This document shows positions 47,564 to 56,948 of a DNA stretch of 64,000 nucleotides, piece by piece. Position numbers and translations under genes: made by a program. Within the stretch, counting starts at the first letter, position 1. Every line of letters begins with the position of its first letter. The notes under the pieces are model-generated. The model ran no database searches and was not told where the DNA came from. It saw only the letters and a program-made list of their open reading frames with translations. Source of the stretch: Acidimicrobiia bacterium (GTDB taxonomy: Bacteria; Actinomycetota; Acidimicrobiia; Spongiisociales; UBA5794); assembly GCA_041605955.1 (NCBI GenBank), contig JBFIXI010000003.1:22988-86987 (forward strand), written 5' to 3'.

Positions 47564-48522
47564 CCGATCACCTGGTTGCGGACAGCGCCGGCCGCGAAGG
47601 CCGTGATGATTGCTACCACCTCATCGGCTACCGCCTGCTGCGCCTGCTCGGTGGAAGCCCCGATGTGATGGGTTCCGTAGACCCGCGGGTGTTGGGCGAA
47701 CGCCGAGACGAAGGCACTGTCTGCCACGCTGGGTTCGTTGCGATAGACGTCGGTGCCAATCCTGAGATCCTTCTCGTCGATCACTTCGAGCAGCGCCGCT
47801 TCATCGACCAGTTCACCGCGTGAAGTGTTGATGATGATGGTTCCGGGCTGGACGTAGGCGAGCAGCTCCTTGCCGATCATCCCGGTGGTGCCCGCCACGG
47901 AGGGCACGTGGAGACTGATGACGTCCACCGCGCTGAAGAGCTCTTCGAGATTGCGGACGGTGGTCACATCGAGGCGAGCCATGTACTCCAAGGCCCGCTC
48001 GCTACGTCCCGATCGGTCGACGGTGTGTACCGCCATTCCGAACGCAGCCGCCCGCTTGGCAACCTCGGTTCCGATCTCGCCGAATCCGACGATGCCGAGA
48101 CTGCGCCCCTGGAGGCCCCGGGCCGCCGCGTAGCGCGTCTTGTTCCACAAACCGGCGCGCAGGTCGGCCACGTTGTCGGGAATCTTGCGGTCGATGGCGA
48201 TGATGAGCCCCATGACCAGCTCAGCCACGGCCACCGCGTTTCTTCCTGGGGTGTTGCATACCGTCACCGAGTTGGCGGCGGCAGCTCTCAGGTCGATCGT
48301 GTTCGTGCCGGCTCCCGCCCGCACCACCAGCCGCAGCTGATGGGCCGCTTCGAGAACGGGGGCCGTCACCAGCGTGCTGCGGACCACCAGAACGTCACGG
48401 TCGGCTGCGGCTGATCCGAGCGCTGCCGTCGTCAGCTCCGGCCGGTAGTCGACCTCGTGCCCCGCGGTTGACAGCTGCTCGATTGCATCGTCGGAGAACT
48501 TGTCGGCAACGAGAATGCGCAC
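47560..48522 (-). CDS. D-2-hydroxyacid dehydrogenase (SerA-like, no ACT domain)
   Basis: VVRS, RAGAGTNTID, GFGEIG, INTSRG, DVY.NEP, HIGAST.QAQ. Confidence 0.9.
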   Translation of the reverse strand: MRILVADKFSDDAIEQLSTAGHEVDYRPELTTAALGSAAADRDVLVVRSTLVTAPVLEAAHQLRLVVRAGAGTNTIDLRAAAANSVTVCNTPGRNAVAVAELVMGLIIAIDRKIPDNVADLRAGLWNKTRYAAARGLQGRSLGIVGFGEIGTEVAKRAAAFGMAVHTVDRSGRSERALEYMARLDVTTVRNLEELFSAVDVISLHVPSVAGTTGMIGKELLAYVQPGTIIINTSRGELVDEAALLEVIDEKDLRIGTDVYRNEPSVADSAFVSAFAQHPRVYGTHHIGASTEQAQQAVADEVVAIITAFAAGAVRNQVIG

Positions 48523-48624
48523 GCGTCCCTGCTCCCTCGGGTCGCTGATCATGGACGGCGGCATTATGCCCGGCTCACTCTCCCTCTCCCAGCCCGGGGA
48601 ATTGTCGAACCTCCGTCAATCCGC

Positions 48625-48650
48625 GGAATGGCTTCCGGTGCGATTGCGTT
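48625..48650 (+). promoter_or_regulatory. SigR/SigH-type promoter
   Basis: GGAAT-N18-GTT about 40 nt upstream of DUF427 gene. Confidence 0.55.
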
Positions 48651-48692
48651 GCGGCTTCGAACACCCCTCACCAATGGCACAGGGAGTTGATG

Positions 48693-49451
48693 ATGGCCGA
48701 GACCAAGAGACGCGGCAGGGTACGGGTCGAGCCCGCACAGAAGCGGATTCGGGCGGTAATCGCCGGCCAGACGGTGGCCGAGTCCGACAACACAGTCCTG
48801 GTTTGGGAGAAGCCCTACTACCCGACCTACTACTTCCCGGCCACCGACGTCGACACCTCGTTGCTGGCCCCGTCGGGCGAGACCAAGCGGTCGCCCAGCC
48901 GCGGCGAAGCGGATCTCCACAACATCAAGGTCGGAGACGAGCAGCGCGAGAACGCCGCTTCGTGGTTCAAGGACTCCCCTGTCGCAGAGATCGTCGATCA
49001 CATCCGCCTCGATTGGCCCTCGATGGACGCTTGGTTCGAGGAAGAGGAAGAGGTGTATGTGCACGCCCGCGATCCGTATACCCGGATCGACATTCTCCCC
49101 AGCTCTAGGCACATCCGGGTCGAGGTCGACGGTGTGACCGTGGCTGAAAGCACCCAACCCCGGTTGCTCTTCGAGACGGGGCTGCCCACCCGCTACTACT
49201 TGCCAAAAGGCGATGTGGCGATGGAGCTGCTGACAGCTTCCGAGCTCGTCACGTCGTGTCCCTACAAAGGTGACGCCCACTACTACCACGTGACCGTGAA
49301 CGGCACGACCCGTGAGAACATCGTCTGGTGGTATCCCTTCCCGGTTGAAGAGAGCAGCCGCGTCGCCGGCTACGTGAGCTTCTACAACGAGAAGGTCGAC
49401 ATCTACGTGGACGGCCAGCTCGAAGCCAAACCGAAGACGGTCTTCTCCTAA
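48693..49451 (+). CDS. Tandem DUF427 protein
   Basis: Two repeats VAES....E...P..YY.P..DV; second with TSCPYKGDAHY. Confidence 0.88.
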   Translation: MAETKRRGRVRVEPAQKRIRAVIAGQTVAESDNTVLVWEKPYYPTYYFPATDVDTSLLAPSGETKRSPSRGEADLHNIKVGDEQRENAASWFKDSPVAEIVDHIRLDWPSMDAWFEEEEEVYVHARDPYTRIDILPSSRHIRVEVDGVTVAESTQPRLLFETGLPTRYYLPKGDVAMELLTASELVTSCPYKGDAHYYHVTVNGTTRENIVWWYPFPVEESSRVAGYVSFYNEKVDIYVDGQLEAKPKTVFS

Positions 49452-49567
49452 GGACCGACCCGCCCGGCACCGCGTCCAAGACGAGTACGTGCGGGTGGCG
49501 GGGATCGCCCCGGCGCCCCGCGGACGGCTCCCGCTAGATTTGCGGCAGCCGATTCGGGGTGCCTCCA

Positions 49568-51241
49568 ATGGCTCAATCGCATCCGATCTTCGCCCTCAGC
49601 GACCAGCTCGTCGATGAGATCGCCACCCTCGATCCGATCCTGGCGACCTATGCGGGAATCTCGGGCTACGACGATCGGTGGCCGGATCTCAGCCCCGCCG
49701 GTCACCAGGCAACGCAGACGGCCTACGTCGAGATGATGCATCGCCTCGAAGCGCTGCCACCGCCGGGGTCCAAGTGGGATCGGCTGGCAGTGGCCGCCGC
49801 CGCGACGCTGGTTCAAGAAGAGATGGACTACTACGAGCACGGCGATCACCTCATCGATCTCGACTCGATCGCGTGCCCGGCGCAGGCGATCGTCGAGACC
49901 TTCGACCACATGGATCAGAGCCGCGAAACGGGGTGGGAGGACATCTGCTCCCGCCTCGAGACGATGTCCACCGTCCTCGAGGGGTTCACCGCCACGCTGG
50001 CGATCGGAGTCGGCGCCGGTCGTAGCGTTGCGCAACGCCAGGTCGAGGCCGTCGTGACGCAGAGCCGGGCGGCAGCCTCCACCGACTCGGGTCTTGTAGC
50101 CCTGCTCGAAGAGTTCGATGCCGCCGGCACCTATCCGGCAGAGCTGGCAGCTCGGCTCCGCGCCGGGGTGTCGGCAGCCCAAGCCGCCCAATCCTCATTC
50201 GCCGACTGGCTCACCGCCCACTACCTGCCACATGCCGTCGAGAGGGACGCCGTCGGCGAGGAGCGTTATCGGCGCGCCGCTCGCAAGTACCTCGGCATGG
50301 ACATCGACCCGGAGGCCACGTATGCGTGGGGATGGACCGAAGTCGCCCGACTTCGGGAACGGATGGAGCAGGTGGCAGCGGAGATCGAGCCGGACGCCTC
50401 GATCTCGCGGGCACTCGAGATCCTCAAGTCCGATCCGGAGCGCGCCGCAGCGAGTCGCGAAGAGTTCATCGCCTTCATGGAGGCGCGCATCGCCGCAGCG
50501 CTGGCGCGCCTCGAAGGCAGCCACTTCGACGTGCCGCCTGCGATCCGCCACGTCGAAGTGAAGCTGGCCACCCCGGGGGGACCGCTGGGCGCCTATTACG
50601 TCGGACCCAGCGAAGACTTCACTCGGCCCGGCGCAGTGTGGTGGAACTTCGGGAGCAGCCCGGGCCCCTTCCCCCTGTACGACGAGGTGTCCACGCTGTA
50701 TCACGAAGGCTTCCCCGGCCACCACCTCCAGGTGGGGCTGCAGCTGACACGCGCCGCCAGGCTATCGCGCCTGCATCGGCTGCTCGTCTGGGTCGCCGGG
50801 CTCGGCGAAGGGTGGGCGCTCTACGCCGAAGGGTTGATGGACCGGCTCGGCCTCCTCGACGAGCCGGACTACGTCTTCGGGTACCTATCCGCCCAGATGT
50901 TGCGCGCCTGTCGCGTCGTCATCGACATCGGCTCCCATCTCGAGCTGCCGATCCCCGCCGATCAGCCCTTCCGCCCCGGCGAGAGCTGGACGTTCGATGT
51001 GGCCGTGGCCATGCTGGAGGAATACGCCACCCTGGAGAAGCCATACGCCGAGTCGGAGGTGACTCGATATCTCGGATGGCCGGGACAGGCCATCTCCTAC
51101 AAGGTCGGCGAGCGAGAGATCCTCGATATCCGGGCCGCGCTGGAGCAGCGAGTTGGCTTCGACGAGAAACGGTTCCACGCAGATCTCCTCGAGGTCGGCC
51201 CCGTAGGGCTCGACCTGGTTCGCGAGTTGTTGCTGGGGTGA
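49568..51241 (+). CDS. DUF885 family protein (HExxPGHH metallopeptidase-like)
   Basis: YHEGFPGHHLQ, EGWALYAE, RACRVVIDIG.H, PGQAISYKVG. Confidence 0.9.
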   Translation: MAQSHPIFALSDQLVDEIATLDPILATYAGISGYDDRWPDLSPAGHQATQTAYVEMMHRLEALPPPGSKWDRLAVAAAATLVQEEMDYYEHGDHLIDLDSIACPAQAIVETFDHMDQSRETGWEDICSRLETMSTVLEGFTATLAIGVGAGRSVAQRQVEAVVTQSRAAASTDSGLVALLEEFDAAGTYPAELAARLRAGVSAAQAAQSSFADWLTAHYLPHAVERDAVGEERYRRAARKYLGMDIDPEATYAWGWTEVARLRERMEQVAAEIEPDASISRALEILKSDPERAAASREEFIAFMEARIAAALARLEGSHFDVPPAIRHVEVKLATPGGPLGAYYVGPSEDFTRPGAVWWNFGSSPGPFPLYDEVSTLYHEGFPGHHLQVGLQLTRAARLSRLHRLLVWVAGLGEGWALYAEGLMDRLGLLDEPDYVFGYLSAQMLRACRVVIDIGSHLELPIPADQPFRPGESWTFDVAVAMLEEYATLEKPYAESEVTRYLGWPGQAISYKVGEREILDIRAALEQRVGFDEKRFHADLLEVGPVGLDLVRELLLG

Positions 51242-51266
51242 GCCCCGGCTCTTGAGGAGTGCCGGA

Positions 51267-51310
51267 CGGTTGCGATCACTGCAACCGCGCCGGCCGCCGC
51301 GGGGTTTCTA
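51267..51310 (+). promoter_or_regulatory. Palindrome / putative ECF promoter upstream of sigma-ogt operon
   Basis: CGGTTGC-N7-GCAACCG; GCAACC-N17-GTTTCTA ending 5 nt before ATG. Confidence 0.35.
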
Positions 51311-51315
51311 CAGAC

Positions 51316-51891
51316 ATGCCGACGATCACTGCCACAGGAGGAGGGTTGGCCACCACCGGGCTCACCGAACGGCTGGCAACGGACCTCGACGCGGCGTTCC
51401 CGGAGCTGGTCCTCACCTTCCAGCACCGTATCTACTCCGGCGTCCGCTCATTCGTGGGCGGGGTCGATGCCGAGGATGTGACCCAGGAGGCCTTCATCCG
51501 CGCTCATCGGGCCCTCCATTCGTACGACCGGGACCGCATCACCGCCCTCCGCTTGAGCCCGTGGCTGTGGACGATCGCCCTCAACCTGTGTCGCAACTGG
51601 GCGCGTTCCCGGTCGCGCCGGCCACAGACGGTCGAGCTCCACGTCGATCGAGCTGGGGCAGACAGCGCTGAGGATGCCGCCGTCGAGGCCGCCATGCTGG
51701 CGAGCTGGCGCCGCCGGCTGGAAGCGCTCAGCGAGGCCCAGCGCACTGCGGTCGTGCTGCGTCACGTGGTCGGCATGAGCTATCAGGACATCGCCCAAGC
51801 CACCAACCGACCGCTGGGTACCGTCAAAGCCGATGTGAGCCGCGGCCTGCGGGCGCTGCGCACCATCATCGACCAGGAGGGTTCGCCATGA
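51316..51891 (+). CDS. ECF-type RNA polymerase sigma factor
   Basis: DAEDVTQEAFIRA, WLWTIALNLCRN, YQDIA...PLGTVKADVSRG. Confidence 0.93.
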   Translation: MPTITATGGGLATTGLTERLATDLDAAFPELVLTFQHRIYSGVRSFVGGVDAEDVTQEAFIRAHRALHSYDRDRITALRLSPWLWTIALNLCRNWARSRSRRPQTVELHVDRAGADSAEDAAVEAAMLASWRRRLEALSEAQRTAVVLRHVVGMSYQDIAQATNRPLGTVKADVSRGLRALRTIIDQEGSP

Positions 51892-52652
51892 CCGACATCA
51901 GTGACCAGCTCAACGAGCTGGCTACTACAGCCCCGCCGGGCCTGGCGGAGAAGGTGCTGGTCGCCACCGGTGCCGGCCGGTTCTACGACACCGTCGCCGG
52001 CCCCACCGGCGACCTGGTAGTGGGATGGAGCCGTCGCGGCGTCTACGGCTTGGCTCCCGCCGATGAGCTCGACGACTTCGTCGCCCGCCACCCCAGGGCG
52101 GCTCCGCCCGTTCATGCCGAGCTGCCTCCCCAACTCCGTTCCCGCCTCGAGCGCGCCTTCGCATCCGGCAAGCTGGGATCGCTTCGGGTCGATCTGAGCG
52201 AGCTCACCGATTTCCAGCAGGCGGTGCTCCGCAAGGCGACGGAGATCCCGCCGGGCCAGCTCCGCCCTTACGGGTGGATCGCCCGGGAGATAGGCAAGCC
52301 GGGCGCCACCCGCGCTGTCGGGACGGCGCTGAACAAGAACCCGGTACCGGTTCTGATTCCGTGCCACCGCGTCGGGCGCAGCGACGGCAGTGTCGGCCGA
52401 TACGCGTACGGCGAGGAGATGAAACGAGACCTGCTGCGCCATGAAGGGCTCGACCCCGATTCCGTGGACGAGGCGGCCCAACGCGGAGTGCGCTACATCG
52501 GCAGCGCCACGACGAACATCTTCTGCCATCCGACGTGCCATCACGCCAGACGGATTCAGGAAGAGAACCGGGTCGAGCTGTCCAGCGCGGCGTCCGCCGC
52601 GGCCGCCGGATTCCGTGCCTGTCGGGCTTGTCGGCCGCCCGTGGCGGCCTAA
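51888..52652 (+). CDS. ogt: Methylated-DNA--protein-cysteine methyltransferase with C-terminal Ada-type Zn domain
   Basis: TDFQQAV, RAVG, IPCHRV active site; C-term IFCHPTC...GFRACRACRP. Confidence 0.9.
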   Translation: MTDISDQLNELATTAPPGLAEKVLVATGAGRFYDTVAGPTGDLVVGWSRRGVYGLAPADELDDFVARHPRAAPPVHAELPPQLRSRLERAFASGKLGSLRVDLSELTDFQQAVLRKATEIPPGQLRPYGWIAREIGKPGATRAVGTALNKNPVPVLIPCHRVGRSDGSVGRYAYGEEMKRDLLRHEGLDPDSVDEAAQRGVRYIGSATTNIFCHPTCHHARRIQEENRVELSSAASAAAAGFRACRACRPPVAA

Positions 52653-52713
52653 GCGCTTGAGTGGCGATTTCGGATGCCGATAGCTAGAGAAGCGATCGCC
52701 ACCCCAGGGAACC

Positions 52714-53460
52714 ATGGTTCTCAAGCCACGAACCCAGCCGCGGCTCACCCTCACCGAGGCCTACCACGCCACCCAGCGATGGCTGGATCACATCGGCTTG
52801 CGCACCGTGAATATCAAGGAACCGGCCGACGGAGTCGTCGAGCTGTGGAGCAACACGCATGTCGCTCGTATCCGCATCAACACCGGGCCGGTCAGCCAGG
52901 GCGCGGTGCTAGCGCTAATGCGAGCTGCCCAGCAGGACGGCCTCACCCCTTTGCTGTTCTCGGCGACCGGCTTCAGCAATGGCGCCGTCGGGTTCGGCGC
53001 CAGCCAGAACATCGGCCTCTTCGATCTCGGAGAGGACGGCGACATCCTGCCCATGAACACGGTGGCCCAGCAGCTCATGCCGGAGGAGCCACTCGAACCG
53101 GCTTTCGCCACGCCCATCGAGGCGGTGGAGGCCGAAGGCCCGATCAGCTACTTCGAGGTGCCCAGCATCGATGAAACGGGCGGCGAGGTACCCCCGGTCG
53201 AGAGTGAGGTGCCGGCGGGGTGGCGGCAGTGCCCCAGCTGCGGCTCCACTCACCACCCCAGCACGCGGCTGTGTGCGTCATGCGGAATGGACCTGACGGC
53301 GCGTGCGGGTGGCGGCCAGCTGCTGGGACCCAGCGGACATCCCGCCGTGATACCCAGGCCGGCCTCGGCTGCTGGGCGCGCCGGCTCTGCGCCGGCCCCG
53401 GTCACGCTGATATGCCGCAGCTGCGGCAGCTACGACATCGAACTCGTCCGGGACGCCTGA
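52714..53460 (+). CDS. Degenerate Mrr-like nuclease-fold protein with zinc ribbons
   Basis: PV.Q.AV.AL..AA...LLFSATGFS..A..F....IGLF pattern; CPSC..CASC and CRSC. Confidence 0.55.
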   Translation: MVLKPRTQPRLTLTEAYHATQRWLDHIGLRTVNIKEPADGVVELWSNTHVARIRINTGPVSQGAVLALMRAAQQDGLTPLLFSATGFSNGAVGFGASQNIGLFDLGEDGDILPMNTVAQQLMPEEPLEPAFATPIEAVEAEGPISYFEVPSIDETGGEVPPVESEVPAGWRQCPSCGSTHHPSTRLCASCGMDLTARAGGGQLLGPSGHPAVIPRPASAAGRAGSAPAPVTLICRSCGSYDIELVRDA

Positions 53461-53526
53461 GGGCGGGCGGAGCGCGACATGAGCGGCTGGCGTAACCCAC
53501 CAGAACCTGCCACTGTGATAGCCGCC

Positions 53527-54309
53527 ATGACGTCAACCGCCGTGTGGGACCCCGAGCAGTACTACATCTACGCCGATCTACGGCTGCGCCCGGCGCTGGA
53601 GCTGTTGAGCCGGGTCGCCGCCGAGGCTCCCGTCCTCGTTCACGACATCGGCACCGGGGCCGGCGAGATGGCCCGTCTGATGGCCAAGCGGTGGCCGGAT
53701 GCGCGCGTGATCGGCTCCGACTCTTCCGAGGAGATGCTGACCAAAGCCAAAGAGGTCGAGTCTCGGGTCGAGTGGATGCTGCTCGATCTGAATGAATGGC
53801 AACCGGAGCCGGAGCACGACCTCATATACGGCAACGCCGTGCTGCACTGGTTACCCGACCACGAGGACGTCTTCCCCCGGCTCATTGCCGGATTGCGCCC
53901 CAAGGGGGAGCTGGCCATTCAGATGCCGATGAGTTGGTGGCAGCCGATGCACGAGACCATCCGTACCACCCTCTCCCAGCTGGGGACTCCGCAGGGAGAC
54001 CGCCTCGCTCAGACGATGTCGACCCCGAACGTGGGCCAACCGACGGACTACTACAAGATTCTGCGACCCATCGTTTCCGAGCTCGACATCTGGGAGACGA
54101 CGTATCTGCAGATGCTCAGCGGGGAGGACCCGGTATTCGAATGGGTCAGCGGCAGCATCCTGCGCCCCGTATTCAGTCAGCTGCCCCCGCCCGATGTCGA
54201 GCGGTTCGTGGCCGAGTGCAAGCTCAGACTGCGCGCCGCCTACCCCCGGCAGCCCGACGGGACCACCCTGTTCAGCTTCCGGCGACTCTTCATCGTGGCC
54301 CGGCGGTGA
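53527..54309 (+). CDS. tam: Trans-aconitate 2-methyltransferase-like
   Basis: WDPEQY...RLRPALELL, DIGTGAG, NAVLHWLPDH, LAIQMP, DIWETTY, FRRLFIVA. Confidence 0.88.
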   Translation: MTSTAVWDPEQYYIYADLRLRPALELLSRVAAEAPVLVHDIGTGAGEMARLMAKRWPDARVIGSDSSEEMLTKAKEVESRVEWMLLDLNEWQPEPEHDLIYGNAVLHWLPDHEDVFPRLIAGLRPKGELAIQMPMSWWQPMHETIRTTLSQLGTPQGDRLAQTMSTPNVGQPTDYYKILRPIVSELDIWETTYLQMLSGEDPVFEWVSGSILRPVFSQLPPPDVERFVAECKLRLRAAYPRQPDGTTLFSFRRLFIVARR

Positions 54310-55172
54310 GGTTTCCGCTGGCGCCGAACGTCGCCACGGATTCCATCGGCGATGCGCTGCGCCTCGCCCTGCCAACGCGCCGAATATTGGCCCGCCGCCG
54401 CATCCGCAAGCTGGCAGCGGCCGACAGCCACTCGGCACGCGATCGATTGCTGCGCACTTGGAGTGACGAGGTGGTGCGTGCCCTCGACATTCGTGTCGAG
54501 TCGAGGGGCCGAGAACACGTCGATGCAAGTCGCCCCCACCTAGTGGTGGCACTGCACGAGAGCCTGGTCGACGTACCGTTGCTGCTGAGCTCGCTGCCCC
54601 TCCCGATGACGTTCGTCGCTCGCACCGAGCTGGCGGACGAGCCCCCGAGCGCCGGCCTACTAGCCGCGAGCCGACAGATCCTGATCAGCCCTGAAGCGCC
54701 CAGCTCGCTGCGCACCGTGATCCGCGAGACGGCGTTGCTGGCCGCGCAGGGCCGGTCGGTCGTGATGTTTCCCCAGGGCTCCGTGCTCGGCATCGAGACT
54801 GCGTTTCAACCGGGAACGGCGGCGATCGCCCAGAAGCTGGACCTGCCCGTCCTGCCGGTGGTCATCGCCGGGAGCCACCGGGTGTGGGAGCACCCGTTCA
54901 GCCCGCTGGTGCGGCGCGGGGTACGGGTGTATCTCGAGGTGTTGCCGCCGCGCCATATCGAGCCGGACGACTGGGGTGGGCTCGAGGCGGCGATGAAGCA
55001 ACGGGCGCTCGCCAACGAGTGGGCCGAGCCGCGGCACTTCGTTCCGGAGCGCGACGGCTACTGGCCCGGCTATCGCTTCGACATCGATCCCAGCTATCCC
55101 GAGCTGGCGGACGCCGTCGCCCAGTGGCGCAGGCGCGCGTCCACGGGAACGGCCGTCAGGCCGTCCCCGTAG
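54306..55172 (+). CDS. Lysophospholipid acyltransferase (PlsC-like)
   Basis: HESLVD (HxxxxD), FVAR.EL, FPQG, PVLPV; GTGA overlap with tam. Confidence 0.85.
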   Translation: MRFPLAPNVATDSIGDALRLALPTRRILARRRIRKLAAADSHSARDRLLRTWSDEVVRALDIRVESRGREHVDASRPHLVVALHESLVDVPLLLSSLPLPMTFVARTELADEPPSAGLLAASRQILISPEAPSSLRTVIRETALLAAQGRSVVMFPQGSVLGIETAFQPGTAAIAQKLDLPVLPVVIAGSHRVWEHPFSPLVRRGVRVYLEVLPPRHIEPDDWGGLEAAMKQRALANEWAEPRHFVPERDGYWPGYRFDIDPSYPELADAVAQWRRRASTGTAVRPSP

Positions 55173-55208
55173 ACGGGTCCCGTCCGGAGAGGAACCAGGA
55201 GCGCATCG

Positions 55209-55355
55209 TCACTTGACGTTGAGCGCTCTGCGTGCCTCGTCCAGCTGGGCGATCTGGCCCGCCTGGGCCTCTTCGATCCAGCGCGGGCTGCGGCGCTGGT
55301 GAACGCCGGCTAGCTCGAGAATGCGCCGGATGCGATTGATTGGCGTGTGCTGCAT
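55209..55355 (-). CDS. Small protein (48 aa)
   Basis: Strong RBS GAAAGGAGG ahead of ATG; MQHTPINRIRRILELAG... Confidence 0.5.
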   Translation of the reverse strand: MQHTPINRIRRILELAGVHQRRSPRWIEEAQAGQIAQLDEARRALNVK

Positions 55356-55405
55356 GGCTCCCCTCCTTTCTCGGTTTTGTTGTGGAGCGCTGTGGCGGTA
55401 AGCGC

Positions 55406-55668
55406 CCGGGACGGGCAAAAGCCGTGTATGTGGCCCATCCCGGATGCTCACCGTCGCGGAACGGTGGGTGATCGAAACCCGCCCCTCCCCTGCGGAAAGT
55501 GTCTGCCGGAGGTCCGTTCCGCCCGGGTGGCTGTCCCTGGTAGTGGAGGAAAGGCGATGAATACACGCCAATCCCTGCGTGTGAAAGGGAAGAGCCGCCC
55601 GGTGGGCGACTTCTCTACCGATTGCCTGCGGGACTGTGGGCTACCGGGCTGAGGTGCAGCCGTCCCGG
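55406..55668. ncRNA. Candidate structured RNA of unknown class
   Basis: Nested helices closed by CCGGGACGG(55406-14)/CCGTCCCGG(55660-68); see finding. Confidence 0.45.
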
Positions 55669-55781
55669 ACTCGGCGAGAAGCCGGAAGATCGAATACGGC
55701 GAGCGCATCGAGGCCACCCGGCGTGTGGTCGGACCACGGATAGGACCGGCCGTCGATCTTCATGGTGCTGCAGTGCATCAT
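55641..55781 (-). CDS. Small ORF (46 aa), possible leader peptide
   Basis: RBS GAAAGGAGG (55790-98) before ATG ATG; MMHCSTMKIDGRSYPW... Confidence 0.35.
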   Translation of the reverse strand: MMHCSTMKIDGRSYPWSDHTPGGLDALAVFDLPASRRVRDGCTSAR

Positions 55782-56074
55782 GTTGCGGTCCTCCTTTCGC
55801 CTGGTGCGCCCCTGCGCTGTGCGAGCTGCGCTGCGGGGTCGCCGCTTCAATGAGATGCTCTCATCGAGGCTCAAATACAGCTCAAATGCAAATGCCGCAA
55901 CTGCCCGAAGGGCTGTCACGGCTGGCCACGAGTGTCGCACGGATCGCGCTGGAGGTCAAGGGTCAGATGGGATCGCCGCGTCTTCCGCTTTGCCGGCCGC
56001 CCGTCGTGCTCTAGGTTGGGACGAACCGAGGGGGTGCGTGGGGCACCACCGATGCACGGAAGGGGAAGGGGGAC

Positions 56075-56521
56075 GTGGTGACCCTCCGCAAAGTATCGAT
56101 GGCGGCGGTCGTGGCGTTGGTGTTGGGAGCTTTGCTGGCTCCGGCTGCATTAGCCGACCAGCCCAACAAGCCGGTTCCGCTGAGCGGCGATTTCGCCGGA
56201 GCGGGTGCTGAGTTCTCCGGAAACTTCTCGCACCTTGGCCTCTTCGACGGCTTGGCCGACCTGGCAGCATTCACTGCGACGTGGACGGCAGCCAACGGCG
56301 ACACCGTCACCAACCAGACGACCAGCTTCGTGATCGATTTCGATGACGAGGTGGCGCCCGGCGTGTACAGCTACGAGCAGACCATCGTGATCACCGGCGG
56401 TACCGGCAGGTTCCAAGACGCCACCGGCGCAGCCTCCATCGTGGGCACTATCGACCCGATCGGCTTCGTCTACGACGGTCACCTCGAGGGGACCATCTCG
56501 CAGCCCGGCCCCAACAGCTGA
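56075..56521 (+). CDS. Secreted beta-rich hypothetical protein
   Basis: Signal peptide ending ALA; ITGGTGRFQDATG motif. Confidence 0.78.
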   Translation: MVTLRKVSMAAVVALVLGALLAPAALADQPNKPVPLSGDFAGAGAEFSGNFSHLGLFDGLADLAAFTATWTAANGDTVTNQTTSFVIDFDDEVAPGVYSYEQTIVITGGTGRFQDATGAASIVGTIDPIGFVYDGHLEGTISQPGPNS

Positions 56522-56616
56522 GCGACCTCGCCGGGGCGGGTACCGGTACAGACGCGGCACTTGGCCTCTGGCGTGTGGCTCGACTCGCGTTCACAGTGAG
56601 GATGGGAGGTGAGTAG

Positions 56617-56931
56617 GTGAGTCTCTACACATCCTTGTGGGTGGGCTTGTTGGCGGTGGTGCTGCTGGCACAGGTGCTGACGATGCTGAAGGGCACCCTC
56701 GGTTTCGTGCGGGCCTTGGCACGAGAGACGTGGCAACGCCGGGGTGAGCAGTGGGTTCAGTACGCGTTGGTGGAGCCGATCCTCTTCATCCCCTTCGCCT
56801 TCTTCAGCTCGGCGCTGCGCCTGGCGCATCCCGATTCAGCGTGGGCGCGCTGGTCCTATGGAGAGCGCAAGACGGCGCGAGCTCAGGAGCGCTACGACGC
56901 CGAGTCGGCGCCGACAGTGCTGACCGGCTGA
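56617..56931 (+). CDS. Small membrane protein
   Basis: GGAGG RBS; two hydrophobic segments. Confidence 0.55.
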   Translation: MSLYTSLWVGLLAVVLLAQVLTMLKGTLGFVRALARETWQRRGEQWVQYALVEPILFIPFAFFSSALRLAHPDSAWARWSYGERKTARAQERYDAESAPTVLTG

Positions 56932-56948
56932 CTGCCCGCCGGCCGCGC

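Noticed and set aside
55400-55690. RNase P RNA, group II intron, cobalamin or lysine riboswitch, or Ms1/6S identity for the structured region
   Set aside because: Only isolated short words match (GAGGAAAG, AAAGGGAA, GCCCGG); no RNase P 3' ACAGAA..CGGCTTA, no GUGYG start or domain V, no B12 box
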